Source: Salpingoeca rosetta
Taxonomy: Eukaryota; Protista; Choanoflagellata
Assembly (NCBI GenBank): GCA_033442325.1
Contig: JAWQFM010000026.1
Coordinates: 120,463-184,462, forward strand
Direction of reading: 5' to 3'
Length of the DNA: 64,000 nt
Shown: piece after piece, positions 28,701-49,244 of the stretch
Layout: each line of letters starts with the position of its first letter
Numbering within the stretch: the first letter of the stretch is position 1
The notes under the pieces: generated by a model
Databases searched by the model: none
What the model was told of the DNA's origin: nothing
Seen by the model: the letters and a program-made list of their open reading frames with translations, nothing else
Program-made: the position numbers and the translations under genes

Positions 28701-29605
28701 AAGGCCAACCTTACGCGGCTGGAGTCTGAAGCCGCATCCAGTGCTGATGAGATTGCGCGCCTTCAAGCACGTGTTGATGAGCTGACACGTGCGCTGAGGG
28801 CGTGCGAGGAGAGCAAGCAGGACGAAGGCAACGCGCGCGCTGCCGCTGCCCAGGCAGAGAACCGGCGCCTGTCGCAGCAGGTTGCCGAGCTTGAGGCCAA
28901 GGCCCTTGCCCTGGAGGCACAGGTGGAGCAGCAACGGCGGGAGTGGGCGGCAGCGGTGGAGGAAGAGGCTGCAGCAGCCGCACAGCTGCGCACAGACCTG
29001 CAGGAGGCGATGGCACGCGCGGCGCGGGCGGAGGAGGTTGCGGCCGCACACCAGGAGTTGGAGGACATGCGGCCCGCAGCCGAGCAGGTGGCGGCGCTGA
29101 CGGCGGAGTTGGAGCAGACGCGTGCGCTGCTTGCGGAGGCGAGGGAGGAGATTGCGCGGCTGCAGAAGGAACTGACGCGCTGCGGGAGCGGTTGCAGCGG
29201 CGGGCGTCGTCGACATCGTCGTCGTCGTCCAGGGTGGCGCGGTCCCCACGCCCGGAGACGCCATCGCGGCGGCTGAGCAGCGCGTTTGTCAAGGCGTCGA
29301 AGGACGCGGTGCACAGGGCGGTGTCTGACGTGCTGCAGAAGCACGGGCTTGGGGACGAGCACGTGTCGTTCCTTGGTCGGGGTAAGTACCGGTTCCGGTA
29401 TGGCAACGACTTTAAGGTGGTGAATGTGGCGCAGCGCGGCAACAACTTCATGGTGCGTGTTGGCGGGGGCTGGGTGTCGCTTGACGAGTTTATTCGGGAG
29501 TACGTGGAGAAGCACCGCTACCACTACCAGGACGCCAGCCTCGAAGACACAGCCGCCTTCAAGTTCAGCAAGAAGCACCACGATGAAGTGCACAAGAAGA
29601 AGTAG
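22020..29605 (+). CDS. Giant coiled-coil protein with C-terminal GAS2/GAR microtubule-binding domain (~2,330 aa); exons 22020-22226, 22532-22562, 22835-29605; several apparent frameshifts, probably assembly errors
   Basis: E/A/R/K/Q-rich heptad sequence. C-terminal [41 protein letters not shown] matches the GAR signature ([13 protein letters not shown]). Exon structure is confirmed by the intact paralogue at 46034-49244. Confidence 0.85.
23372..28588 (+). repeat. Coding tandem array: ~6.5 near-identical 714-bp (238-aa) units, bracketed by a ~340-bp direct repeat (23372-23710 / 28251-28588)
   Basis: MDEAL-type start codons recur at 24338, 25049, 25763, 26480, 27194 and 27906 (spacing 711-717 bp; clean units 714). 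GCTGAGAAGGAC recurs at 23372, 23972, 24679, 25394, 26109, 26825 and 28251. Confidence 0.95.
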
Positions 29606-29665
29606 TCTCTTTGCTGTCGCGTACTTGCGTGCGTGCACGTTGTGTGTTGGCGTGTAGCTTGCGTT

Positions 29666-29722
<57 letters not shown>

Positions 29723-30270
29723 ATTTCATGCGGGTGTGTGATCGCGTGTGGAGAGTGTAGGGGTGTGTAGTGGTGGTGTTGTGTCGCAAGAGAGTGCGCG
29801 TTGTTGATGATGTGTCCGACTGCAGTTGCTCTGGACATTGTTTCTTGCATGACTTGTCAGCCCTGCCTGCATGTGTTTGCTCTTTGAACTTGTTGCTCTG
29901 TGCTTGTTTGCTCTTAATGACTGTTGCCCTTGTTACTTTGTTCACTGCCGTGTGGCACCCATATTGGAATGCGTTTCTACTTTTGTTTACTTCATCAAGT
30001 CTGATTGAACGACTCGAAGCAAGAAGGGGCTGAGCGCCGTCATCACTGACCCGCTGACATGACAAAGGACTCGTTGGCGAGGAAGAGGAAGGTGACATGA
30101 TGTGTGCGCGATGCACATTGAGCACGTGCACAAGTGCGTGACAGGAGCGAGGGGAGTAGCAAACACTGGCGCAGAAGAGGGGCCAGGGATGGGGGCGCAC
30201 AGTGGCGGCAGCGATGCTGTCGAAGGGGTTGCACTGTAGCGAGGCTGACTCGTGCTTGGCGACGGCTTGG

Positions 30271-30774
30271 CTAGTGGTCGTGGGGTTTGCTTGTGCTGTG
30301 GGGTTTCGTATCGTGTGCTGGAGCGTTGGCCTCACTGACGAGTTGGTTGTAGTCCTCGTCGGGGAAGAAGATGGCGAGCTCTCGTCTGGCAGAGTCCGGC
30401 GAGTCTGATCCGTGCACGCAGTTGCGCGTGTCACTGACGCCGAAGAGCCCTCTGATGGTGGCCTGTTCGTGGATGTGCGTCTGGTACACCTTTGTCTTCC
30501 CCATAATGGAGCGCCAAACCTTGATGCCGTCCTTGCGTGCGAGTGCGAGTGCCACTGACGGGGCGCTGGTTGTGTAGTCGACGAGGCGGCGGTAGAAAAA
30601 GCGTCCTTTGTGCTCCTTGTAGAACTCCTGCGACTGCTCCCTCGTTAGCAAGCACTCGCGTGACCGCACAATCTGGAACCCGCTCGCGTGGATGGACCGC
30701 AGCACCGTCTGTAGCCTGTGTGGGTGTTGTGCGATGCTTGGCTTCAACAGCGCCAGCGTCACCTCCTTCAACAT
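30271..30774 (-). CDS. NME6: Nucleoside diphosphate kinase 6-like (intronless, 167 aa)
   Basis: TLALLKP, FYKEHKGRFFYRRLV, WRSIMGKTKVY, TIRGLFGVSDTRNCVHGSDS (catalytic His) and RELAIFFP form an NME6-type signature. Confidence 0.92.
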   Translation of the reverse strand: MLKEVTLALLKPSIAQHPHRLQTVLRSIHASGFQIVRSRECLLTREQSQEFYKEHKGRFFYRRLVDYTTSAPSVALALARKDGIKVWRSIMGKTKVYQTHIHEQATIRGLFGVSDTRNCVHGSDSPDSARRELAIFFPDEDYNQLVSEANAPAHDTKPHSTSKPHDH

Positions 30775-30777
30775 CCT

Positions 30778-30813
<36 letters not shown>

Positions 30814-30909
30814 TTTGTGTGTGTGTATTGGGTGGTGAGACACTTTTTCTGCTTGTTTGTGTGCATGCAGTGGAGAGAGAGCAAAAAAAAAAGAGAAACA
30901 ACACTGAAG

Positions 30910-31226
30910 ATGCAGCTGCTTGTTGCTGTTGTGGCGTTGCTGTGCTGCGGCGGTGGCGTGCTTGTCACCCCTGTGCATGGCACGGAAGGCCCGAGCCCTC
31001 TGGAGCTGATTCGCGTGGATAAGGTGGAGGTCGTGCGTGACTTTGGCAACTCGTCCATCTCCGTCCAAGCCAGCCCAGCCACCTTCAAGTATGCGTTGTG
31101 TGCTTGTTTGTGTTTGTGTTTCAGGAGAGTGTATGCCGCGTGTTGTTGTCTGCACTGCCTTTGTTCATGTGTTGCATGTTTGACCAACCCTCATGCTGTT
31201 GGTTGCCTTGGTGTACTCACCCAACA

Positions 31227-31283
<57 letters not shown>

Positions 31284-33893
31284 GCACGCACACACACACA
31301 CACACATGTGAACGCATGCCGGCAACCTTTGCAGGCACGGCGACAACATCACCGTGTCCTGGAGTGGTGTGAGCAAGCCAAGCCTGAACGATTGGATCGG
31401 TGCATACCTTCAGCACGATGATGTGAAGAACACTGCGCCCATCAAGTTCCAGTTTGCCGCCTTCTCAAAGGACTACCTGAAGACTGGTCAGCGATGAGGG
31501 GGAAAGCAGCTTCATCTCAGTTGCGGAAGCGGTTCTTTACCCATGGAGTCTGTGGCGCGTATTTGTGTGCACGGCGAGTGCATGTGCGTGTGTGTATGTC
31601 TGCGCGTGCATATGTGCAGCTGGTGGTATTGTCAGAGCATCTCATCGTCGTGGCTGCCCGGCCTTTTATCTGCACACTGCCCATCACGTTGCCAGGGTCT
31701 GGCAGCTTTGTGTTTCGTCTCATGAACATGCGTGACGACTACGTCTTCGTCTTCTTCCGCGATGGGCTGGAGAAACCCAAGGCCGCCACAGCCTCCAACC
31801 CCGTCAAGGTGACGTCGCGGTGTGTATGTGTGTGTATGTGTGTGTATGTATGTGTGTATGTATGTATGTATGTATGTATGTATGTATGTATGAATGTATG
31901 TATGTATGTATGTATGTATGTATGTATGTATGTATGTATGTATGTATGTATGTATGTATGTATGTATGTATGTATGTGCGTACGCCTCTCTGTATGTGTG
32001 TGTGTGCGCGCGCGCGAGACATGTGGGCTGTTGGTCGTGCTGCGGGGGAATTGTGTCCCGCCTATCCCTCATCTGATACCGCCGTTACCGTCACCGCGCG
32101 GTGTGATGCGATGTGCGGGGACAGGTGGAGAACGCAAACGAGCCGCTGCAGGGCCGCGTGTCACTGACAAACGACACGACAAGCATGAAGGTCTCATGGA
32201 CCACTCGCAACAGGTCGGTGGTTTGGTTTTACTTGCGATGATTTCCACGGATGACACGTGACGCATTGTGAAGCACTTTGCTCTCGCAGCTGCTGCTATG
32301 ATGCAAGCACACACACGTATACTTGCTTGCAATCACGGACATGCAAGCGCGCACACAAACACACACACACACACACATACACATGCAAACATATTCACAC
32401 GCCAGCTCGCGTTCCTTTCATGGTCTCCGTATTTCAGTACGTCTCCCGTTGTGCGCTGGGGATTTTCCTCTGGCGAATACACACACACGGCCCACGCCCA
32501 CTCTTACACATACACAACCAAGGACATGTGCGTTGACAGGGCAAGAGGGGGCTTGCGTGATTGTGCGTGTGCTTGTGTGTGTGCGTGTGCGTGTGTGTGT
32601 GTTGTGTGTGTGTGCGTGTGTGTGACTGTGTGTGCATTGTGTGTGTCTACCCATCTCAAGGTGAGTGCTTACCACCTTCCACTACCTTACACTACTGCCC
32701 CCCCCCACAAATCCTGGCTGCTGCTGCATCTTGAAGGTGCGGCCCTCCTGCTGTGACGGTTGGCTTCCGCTCGCCAGGCCTCTTCCACTCTGCAATCATC
32801 ACCAACCTCAGCCCAGGTCAGCCGCGCTGCGAACGCGTCGGTTGCGTGAATGGCCGATGAGATGGTCGTTGGATGCGTGAGTTTAGTTATTCGATAGCTG
32901 GGGTGGTTGTGACGACGGATGTTTGTGTGCAAATGCGTTTCTCCGTACGGAAACACCAATGTGTATATGTGCAGACCCTTGTTGCGTCCCTACCAAAAAT
33001 CATCAACGCGCGCTTACTTTGCCTGCTGTACCCGCTCTGCTTGTTCGTCGCCTCCTCCTCCCCCCCCCCCTCTTTTTTCCACCGACGCTCTCCGCAGGCC
33101 AGCGTGTGTATTACATCTTTGGCGATGACAAGCACGGGTAAGGGCTGCACAGCATCCGCTGCGCCCGCACGTGTTGGCGAACATGGTTACGTTTTATGTT
33201 ACGTGATCACCTCCCTTCTCCAGTCACTCTGCTCTTCTTGTGTTCTTTTGTTCGCTGTTGGTGCGGCGACGTCTCTGCGCTGCCCGCCCCCTTTCCACCC
33301 CTCACACCACCATGTTCTCCGTTGCCCCTCTTCTTCTCCGTTCATCATACCACGCAATCTCAATTCCCCCCTCCCCATCATGACGCAATGTGCACAGGTT
33401 CAGCAAGGAGCACTCCTTCCGCCACGCCCCCGCCCCAGGCGCCGCCGTCAACGCAATTGCGTTTGGCGATCTTGGGCAGCACGTCCTCGACCACTCTCTC
33501 CAGCAGGTGACACCGCGCGTGTGCGTGCGTGTATGTGTGTGTATGTGTGTGTGTATGTGTGTGTGTATGTGCGTGTATGTGTGTGTGTATGTGTGTGTGT
33601 GTGTGGGTTGGGGGGGGGGTGGGCTGTGCGAGTGTGTACTCGTGTATGTGGAACAAGTAGTGAGCGTGGTTGTGTTTCCATGAACAGGTGATTGCTTCAT
33701 CTCTCAACACCTCTCCACCAACCCTTGATTGCACACCACATCCACCACTGCCGCGGATCAGACGGACATGGCGCCGAGCCGCAACACGACCGACGGCATC
33801 GAGGCCGAAATCGCCGACAAGCACCTCCTCATGCACATCGGAGACATCTCATGTGCGTGCTCCGTGTGTGCTGTGCGTGCTCTCTGGGTGTGT

Positions 33894-33929
<36 letters not shown>

Positions 33930-35054
33930 CGAAATCATCTGTTGCTCACCACAGTCACTGTCCAAACATCCCCTCATTATGTGCGTGCGTGCATGTGTGC
34001 GTGCAGATGCGCGCGGGTACGTTTCGCAGTGGGAGCAGTTCCACGACCAGATTGAGCCCATCGCCACCTCCCTCCCCTACATGACCGCCATCGGAAACCA
34101 CGAGCGTGACTGGCCAGGCACAGGTGCACGTCTTGCGCCGTGATGTGTGTAGGTGCACGTGTATGTGATGCTATTGTGTGTAGGTTTGTGTATTTGTTGT
34201 GTGTGTTTGTTTATTGTGAGTGTTTGTTTGTTGTGAGTGTGTGTGTGTATTTGTTGTGTTTGTGTGTGTTTGGCATCAACAGCACGCTGCTGGTTAGGAG
34301 TCTTCATGTAACCAACCACCCATCCCACCATCTGACCATCCCAACAACACCCCCCCCCCTTCCTCCTCCAAACACAGGCACGACGGGCAACACGGATTCT
34401 GGCGGGGAGTGTGGGGTTGCGTATGAGCTGCGCTTCCCCATGCCAACCGAGAGCCGGGACGAGCCGTGGTACGCGTTTGACTTTGGAGTCCTTCACGTCA
34501 TCATGATCTCCACCGAGCAGGACTTCAAGCAGGGCAGCAAGCAGCACGATTACATCATGGTGCGTGTGCGTGCGTGTGTGTGTGTGCGTGTGTGTGTTGC
34601 TTGTGCTGTTGGAATGGGTGTGCTCTTTGCTGGCAGTTGTGTGTGTGTGTGTGCGCGCGTGTGTGTGCGTATATATGTGTTTACATTGGTTGCTCCTGCT
34701 GCGAGGATGACTTGCGTGCGTGGACTTGATTTGCGTGCAACTAATGTAAGGTTGACACACTCCCTCGACCTCAAAACACCCACAAACACGTTTCACCACC
34801 TCCTTCCCCACATACAATACCTGCGGCCCCTCCCCAATCTACGACGCGAACAGCGGGACCTGAAGTCCATTGACCGGACGAAAACGCCGTGGGTCATCTT
34901 CGCTGGGCACCGCCCCTTTTACATCGACTCCACAAACTGGGAACCCCACGGAGGTGAGCGCAACGGCAGTGATTGGTGGTGGTGGTGGTGATTGGTGGTC
35001 GAAGTATGGGTGATCTCGCAAGCACGGCAACGCGGTACGTACTGTCTCCCAACG

Positions 35055-35135
<81 letters not shown>

Positions 35136-35647
35136 CAATGTGCAGGTGACCAGACGGTTGCTGAGGACATGCGCAAGACGTACGAGGATGTGCTGTTTGA
35201 CAACAAGGTCGACCTCATCTTTGGTGCTCACCACCACAGCTACCAGCGCACGTGCCACGGTAGGGTGATCGATGGATTGAGGGATGGATGGATGGATGGA
35301 GGGAGGGAGGGAGAGGATGTATTGGAGAGGTGCTCGGGAGGTGGTGGTTGTGGTGTCAGAGTTTGTTGCTTGCTTGTGACCGCCATTTGTCATCGCCTCC
35401 TTCTCCAACCTCCCACCAACCACCAACCACCACACCAAGAATCACCACAACCACAGCCCCCCCTCCCATCATAACCACCACAACCACATCATGTCCCACG
35501 TTGCAGTGTACCAGAACAAGTGCGTGAACACGACGACTGCCGACGGCTACCGCGGCCCCGTCACCGTCGACATCGGTATGGCCGGCGCAGGCAACAGCCA
35601 GAACATCCAGAACCCGCAGCCAGAGATCTTCAAGGTGCCGTGTCGCG

Positions 35648-35743
<96 letters not shown>

Positions 35744-36002
35744 GTGTGTGTGTGTGTGCGTGTGTGCGTGTGTTTGCCCAATGTGTAGGTGTGCCCGCAT
35801 TCCATTCCCCCACACCCGCAAGCTCATCACCGCGCGTGCCACTCACAATCCTTGTTGCGTGCTGTGCATTGTTGGTTTACAGTTTGTGGACGACAGCCAC
35901 CACGGGTTCACCCGCATCATGGCCAATATGACGCACTTCCACATGCAATACGTCCGCGGTGATGACCGCAAGGTGCACGACGAGTTTGTTCTCGTCAAGT
36001 GA
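30910..36002 (+). CDS. Secreted purple acid phosphatase / nucleotide pyrophosphatase-like metallophosphoesterase (large, fn3-containing type), ~16 exons
   Basis: Signal peptide, DWIGAY..APIKFQ, and metal motifs FGDLG, HIGDIS|YARG, GNHERD, DSGGECGV, PWVIFAGHRPFY, GAHHHSYQRTC. Stop TGA at 36000-36002. Confidence 0.93.
31855..31977. repeat. (TATG)n intronic microsatellite
   Basis: Near-perfect run in a PAP intron. Confidence 0.95.
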
Positions 36003-36369
36003 AGATGAGGACCGCTGCCGTGCCTCCTTTGCCATTCACCTCTTCCCTTCTTCCTTCCTTTCCGTCTTCCTTCCTTCCTTGCTTCCTTGCTTCTTTCCTT
36101 CCATCCATCTGCTTGCCTATCAATGTTCGTTGCGCTTTTGGTTTTCGTTATGTTCCTCGTCCTCGCCCTCGTCCTCGTCCTCGTCCTCCTCCTCCTCTTC
36201 TCCACTTTTGTTCCTTTCGTTACTCCACTCGCTGTCTTCATCTTCATGCTGCAAGCACGTGCTGTGATGTGCTGCGACATGACCTGCACCAGCCCTGCGA
36301 CCACCATCAACTCACATCAAGCAAGAAGCAAGCGAGACGGAGGCAGTGTGGTCTGACGCGTGTTGCGAA

Positions 36370-36645
<276 letters not shown>

Positions 36646-36990
36646 CATTCACGACAGCACAAGTTGTAGCGGATATGGACTTGGTCTGGGTGTGTGCGAA
36701 AGGACAACAACAAACCACACTTGCTTGCTTCTGCTTGCTTGTTGTGTGCTTGCGTGCTCCTTCTTCTACCGCTGCTTGCTCCCTGTCGCATCCATTCCCA
36801 CTGCCAACACCACGCATACCCTCGCTTCTTGTGTGCTCTTGAGTCCCTCGTTTGAGTTTCTTGTGTGTCGCATCATGTCACCGCATGCATCATCACCACC
36901 TACCTGCTCACACTTCCTCATTTCATTGTCATCGTCACACCTTGATCGCCTCCTCCAAAACCTCAGAACTCCATTGAGCGGTCCCTGGGC

Positions 36991-43908
<6,918 letters not shown>

Positions 43909-44483
43909 AAGATCAATCACATGCAAACACACACATACACACACCTTCAAAGCACGTCCACCTGCTTCCGTTATCCCTCCCTTTCCTGCTGCGTTGCTTT
44001 GCGCCTAAATGGTTGTCGTTAGTCTTGTTGTTGCAATCTGCTTGTTTGCTTGTTGCTTTGTGTGCGTCTCGGTTTGCATGCGCTTAGTTTGGTCTTGCAT
44101 GCATGTGTGCTTGTGCTGGCGTGCCTTCTCCTCCCGTTTTGTCGCACACACGCGCACGTTTGTGCTTGGTGCATTCATTGGCTGGTTGTGTATTGCATGC
44201 CGTACCACACCAACCACTGGACGAGAAGAGGAGTACACACGAAGCGTCCACATGTACCAACAAAACGAAAGTCTACGATGAACAAAACAACACAGCTCCA
44301 CAAGCATTTCAGCACCACTCTTCTTCTTCTTGTTCAAGCATCCCTCGCTCACCTCCCCTTTGTAACCTGCTTCCTGCTTACGCTTTCACTTCTGAACGCA
44401 ACACACGAACATCCACAGCTCACCCATCACCACCGTCAACTAATCATCATCGTCACCACCACCACCACCATCATCGTGTCCAC

Positions 44484-44859
44484 TCAGTTGTATGCCTCGA
44501 CGAGTTGTGACATGGGTCCGTCGAGATCAGCCCGCATGGCGAGCACCGCGCCTGCCAATGGGTGGTGGGTGGCGTGTTGAGGCGATGGGCGATGAGCGGG
44601 AAACACGAGAGGTCACAGAAGCACATGGAAGAACCGTAAAGACCACAAACACACGTGCGCCCACCCTTCTCCCCTTCGCACCGATTGCTGCTTCGTCATC
44701 GGCGGCGAGCACGAACGTCAACACAAGCGGCCCAAACAGCATTTGCACAACCTGGGGCCACGCAAGAATACAGCACACGTACAGGTAGGGGGGAGGGGAA
44801 GGGTGATTGAGAGAAACGAAACCACGCGCGCGCACACATATACAGGGCCACAGAGACGG

Positions 44860-44938
<79 letters not shown>

Positions 44939-45370
44939 CACCACAATCATACATCAACCCCAACACACTTACGTTTCCTGACGCGGCTTGCAACACGGCA
45001 GCTTTGAGGGCTCCAAAGTTCAGCGCGGGCAACTGCAAGGGGTTCACACCCCGCCATTGAAAAAAACACGAGTCAGCCCAAAGCGAAGCGAAACAGCCGT
45101 CACAGCACAGGCAGGCGACGCGCATGCCTTCACGCGCACATGCAGCGACACATCTGTACATACCCTGCGGTTCATGGCTTTTGCAAGCTCTGGAAGGAGC
45201 TGGACATTGTGCAGGCGATTCCGGGGCTCGGATACAGTCGCTGTCGACCAGCCGACACACAACATCACAAGCAACGAAGAAAAGTTTGGTGAGCTACAGG
45301 CGTGAAGATGTTCCAGCACGCTCACCATGGTCACGCGCAATCTCACAGCCCATAGACGAAGCTCCAGGTA

Positions 45371-45441
<71 letters not shown>

Positions 45442-45660
45442 AGGCATGTAATTACACGTGAATATACGAGCGCATGCGCAAATCAGTGCCCACGCGCCGC
45501 CTCCATGTCTCACCTTCGCAGATCAATCGGCCCTGCACGCTCGACAGCATGACTTGGTCAACCTGATCTCGCCTGCACATACACGTATCGATAGCCGAAG
45601 CAATGCAACACATCATACCACAACAGAGCCAAATACCATGCCCTGGTGAGCCACTTTGCT
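44484..45660 (-). CDS. LAMTOR3: LAMTOR3/MP1-like roadblock-fold Ragulator subunit; small exons, start codon not resolved
   Basis: Spliced translation ..RDQVDQVMLSSVQGRLICE|ATVSEPRNRLHNVQLLPELAKAMNRR|LPALNFGALKAAVLQAASGN|VVQMLFGPLVLTFVLAADDEAAI|GAVLAMRADLDGPMSQLVEAYN*. It resembles LAMTOR3 (..VVQFNRLPLVVSFIA..G). Splice phases are consistent. Confidence 0.62.
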
Positions 45661-46033
45661 GGAGCACCACCAAATGCATCCTCCTCCTCCTCCCCCTCCT
45701 TCATAGATCAGACACACACCACGACCCTGTCGAGGACGTTTATGTCTATGCACATGGCAATTCAACAGTTATGCACAGGTAAAGCAAGTGGTACACACAG
45801 CATCAAACAAGCACCCAAGTATGAAACAAAAGCAAGGGCTTTCCCCGCTCCCTCACTCGTCATCATCATCCAACACACATCATTCAACGGCAAGCAACAA
45901 GGTAGCAAGCAAGTAAGCAAGCACAGCCAAGACTCACAGCAGCGAGCGCACAAACTCCTCAGTCTGCATGTTGTTGTTGTCGCCTTCTCCAAACCAGCGG
46001 GTGCGATTGTAGAAAATTATGTGAAAATGTCGG

Positions 46034-48309
46034 CTAATTGTCGTAGTTGAACAGCAGCATGTCCTCCTCATCGCTCACATCAGCGTCACCACCACGATTG
46101 TTGTTGTGCTGCAGTTCACGGCTCATCGTGCCGCCTCGACGACCATGAGTGCCATCAGTGTCGGTGACAGGGCCTGGTGTTGACGTATCAGTGTCAGCAA
46201 CAGCATCATCAAAGTTTGGCGCGGGAGGTGGGAGCGAGCGGTGAGCATCATCATCAGCATCGCCTGTAGTTTGGGAGGCGCGTGGTGATGAGGCAGTGTT
46301 CGCCCTCAGCTGCTTGATGTGGGAGCGTGTGTGCTGCACGTCATCGTGGTGCTTCTTGCTGAACTTGAAGGCGGGCGTGTCTTCGAGGCTGGCGTCCTGG
46401 TAGTGGTAGCGGTGCTTCTCCACGTACTCCCGAATAAACTCGTCAAGCGACACCCAGCCCCCGCCAACACGCACCATGAAGTTGTTGCCGCGCTGCGCCA
46501 CATTCACCACCTTGAAGTCGTTTCCATACAGGAACCGGTACTTGCCCCGGCCAAGGAACGACACGTGCTCGTCCCCAAGCCCGTGCTTCTGCAGCACGTC
46601 AGACACCGCCCTGTGCACCGCGTCCTTCGACGCCTTGACAAACGCGCTGCTCAGCCGCCGCGATGGCGTCTCCGGGCGTGGGGACCGCGCCACCCTGGAC
46701 GACGACGACGATGTCGACGACGCCCGCCGCTGCAACCGCTCCCGCAGCGCGTCAAGTTCCTTCTGCAGCCGCGCAATCTCCTCCCTCGCCTCCGCAAGCA
46801 GCGCACGCGTCTGCTCCAACTCCGCCGTCAGCGCCGCCACCTGCTCGGCTGCGGGCCGCATGTCCTCCAACTCCTGGTGTGCGGCCGCAACCTCCTCCTC
46901 CGCCCGCGCCGCGCGTGCCATCGCCTCCTGCAGGTCTGTGCGCAGCTGTGCGGCTGCTGCAGCCTCTTCCTCCACCGCTGCCGCCCACTCCCGCCGTTGC
47001 TGCTCCACCTGTGCCTCCAGGGCAAGGGCCTTGGCCTCAAGCTCGGCAACCTGCTGCGACAGGCGCCGGTTCTCTGCCTGGGCAGCGGCAGCGCGCGCGT
47101 TGCCTTCGTCCTGCTTGCTCTCCTCGCACGCCCTCAGCGCACGTGTCAGCTCATCAACACGTGCTTGAAGGCGCGCAATCTCATCAGCACTGGATGCGGC
47201 TTCAGACTCCAGCCGCGTAAGGTTGGCCTTGTCTGTCTCACTGACGGCACGAAGGGCTGCCAGCTGCTGCTCAAGGTCCTGTGCTTTGCTTGCAAGCTCG
47301 GATTCACGGTGCTTGCTGTCATCGCTGGTGGCGTCGAGGCGTCGCTCGAGCTCCGCAATGCGGTCCTTCAGCTCGCCCTGCACCTTGCCGTGCGTCGCCT
47401 TGCTCTCCGCAAGTGCCTCGTCCATGGCTCGCTTGTCTTCCTCCCGCAGCTCCTGCAGCTTCTTCTGCTGCGCCCGCAGCGCTTCCTCCTCCCGCGCTGC
47501 CTCAGCAACAGCGCCCTCAAGCCGCTTCACCTCCCCGGCATGCGCCTGCTTCGCCTCCTCAAGCTCCCGCCTTGCAGCATCAGCGCCCTTCCGCGCGTCC
47601 TCAAGAGCTTTCTGCGTCTCCTCAAGCGCACCTTGCGTCTTGCGCTGCTTCTCCGCGCTCGCCGCTGCGTCCTTCTCAGCCTCCTCCGCCGCTGCATTGA
47701 GCCGTTGATTGAGCTGCGCGATGGTGCTGATGAGTGAGGCCACGTCACTGTCATGCGTGCGCTGAGTGGCGGCAGCGGCTGCTTGGTGCTCGTCCACCAT
47801 GGCTTGTAGCGTGGCAACGCGTTCCTTGTGCGCCGCCACGGCTACCTGGTGTGTTTCCTTGCTCTCCCTCATTTCCTCCTCCAGCTCGCTTCGACGCTGT
47901 TCAAATGCCTCGCGCTCTTTCGTCCGCATCTCTTTGCTGTGGTGCAGCTCGTCCCTGACGGCGGCGAGTTCGGCTGCGAGGCGCTTGGTGTCGCCGTTGG
48001 TCGCTGCTGCCGCTGCTGCTGCCGCCTCTTCCTGCTTGAGCGACTCTGCCCGGAGCACCTCGGCCTCCTTCTTGGCGGCGGCGGCGGCCTGCTCTGCTGC
48101 TTCCAGCTGCTGCTTCAGATGCGCAATGTCGTCCTGCTGCTCCTTGTTGGCGGCGTTGGCGGCCCTCAGCTTTCTCCGCAGCTCCGCGATGCGCCCGTGC
48201 AGGCCTTCCACAACCGCTACGCACACATGTGGAACACAGGGGGGGGGGAGGCGAACAAAGGGTGAGCCACATGGAGTGTGTGCGTGCGTGCGTGTGCGTG
48301 CGTGCGTGC

Positions 48310-48377
<68 letters not shown>

Positions 48378-49244
48378 GTGTGTGTGTGTGTGTGCGTATG
48401 AAACCGAGTGGCAGGGGTCGTAGTACAGTGGAAGCCCCATGCAGGAGCGACGACACGAGAGAGGGTGTTGTGCATTCGCAAATGGATGACTGACCAATGT
48501 TACTGAGCGACTCTGCATCGAGGCCCTGCACGTGACATCGTGAAGAGGACAAGAGAAGGGGAGTGGGCGAAGGAGGGAGAGGGGCGCATTGCAGCGGTGC
48601 GGAGCATGTGAGAGGAGGAAGAGAGAAGTGAATGGGATGCAGAGGATGTCAACAGTTGGGTGCATGGAAATGGGGAAAGGGGAGGGGGACAGGGAGGGAG
48701 GGAGGGAGGGAGAGTGACGTGAGCATGCACAACACACACACACACACCCTCGCACACACACACACACACACGCACGCACACACACACGCGCGCGCGCACA
48801 CACACGCACACACACACAAGCACAGCGCACCTCCTTCCATGAGCCGTCGGGTGCGTGTTCGGCGAGCCAATGGTACAAGGTGTCAAGCTGCTTGCGTTGC
48901 GAGGAGATTGTGTGCTCATACTCATCCTGAACTCCCTTAACGCTGACGCTGCCCACCGTGTCTGCGTTGAGCAGCTCTTGGATGATGGCGTCGGCTGTTG
49001 CTGCCAGCCTGTCCACTCTCTCCGTCTGCGCATCCCAGGTCCACGATGTGCTCGTTGTGGCTGTTGTCTCTGTGCGGGATGAATTGGATGCGCTGGACGC
49101 CACATCATTGCGGTGGCACGTCTTCGCCTCGCCTACAACGCGGGCCGCATTCTCACCATCATCATCATGCTCTCCATTGTCTTGACGGCCACTCCCAACC
49201 CCAACCGCCGCCCCCGCTTCTCCAGCGCGTTTCCGGCGTGGCAT
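46034..49244 (-). CDS. Short paralogue of the coiled-coil GAR-domain gene (875 aa, intact); exons 49244-48831, 48525-48495, 48216-46034
   Basis: The exons total 2628 nt (divisible by 3, no internal stops). It has the same GAR motif, lacks the 714-bp array, and has unique N- and C-terminal extensions. Confidence 0.9.
46336..48923 (-). repeat. Inverted segmental repeat: near-identical to 22134-23710 joined to 28588-29590, including intron sequence
   Basis: Direct comparison of exons and introns, e.g. ttccatgcacccaactgttgacatcctctgcatccc at ~22390 and its reverse complement at ~48633-48668. Confidence 0.95.

Noticed and set aside
22888-29176. Frameshifts and stops in the long GAR gene (~22890, 24330-24400, ~24995, 26058-26255, 27410-27700, ~29174) as pseudogenisation or programmed frameshifting
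   Set aside because: They cluster in short patches within a near-identical repeat array and near a gap, which is typical of low-quality read ends. Sister units and the paralogue are clean. Real decay cannot be fully excluded without reads.
23315-29264. Very long minus-strand ORFs (1412, 1768, 1246, 539 aa)
   Set aside because: They are antisense shadows of the GC-rich, codon-biased coiled-coil repeat, with no domain features.
30271-30774. Intronless NME6 as a retrocopy or horizontal transfer
   Set aside because: It is a short gene with a eukaryotic NME6 signature and no visible poly(A) remnant or target-site duplication.
35222-35240. PAP motif GAHHH instead of GHxH as loss of activity
   Set aside because: Both metal-binding histidine positions are retained, and the other four motifs are intact.
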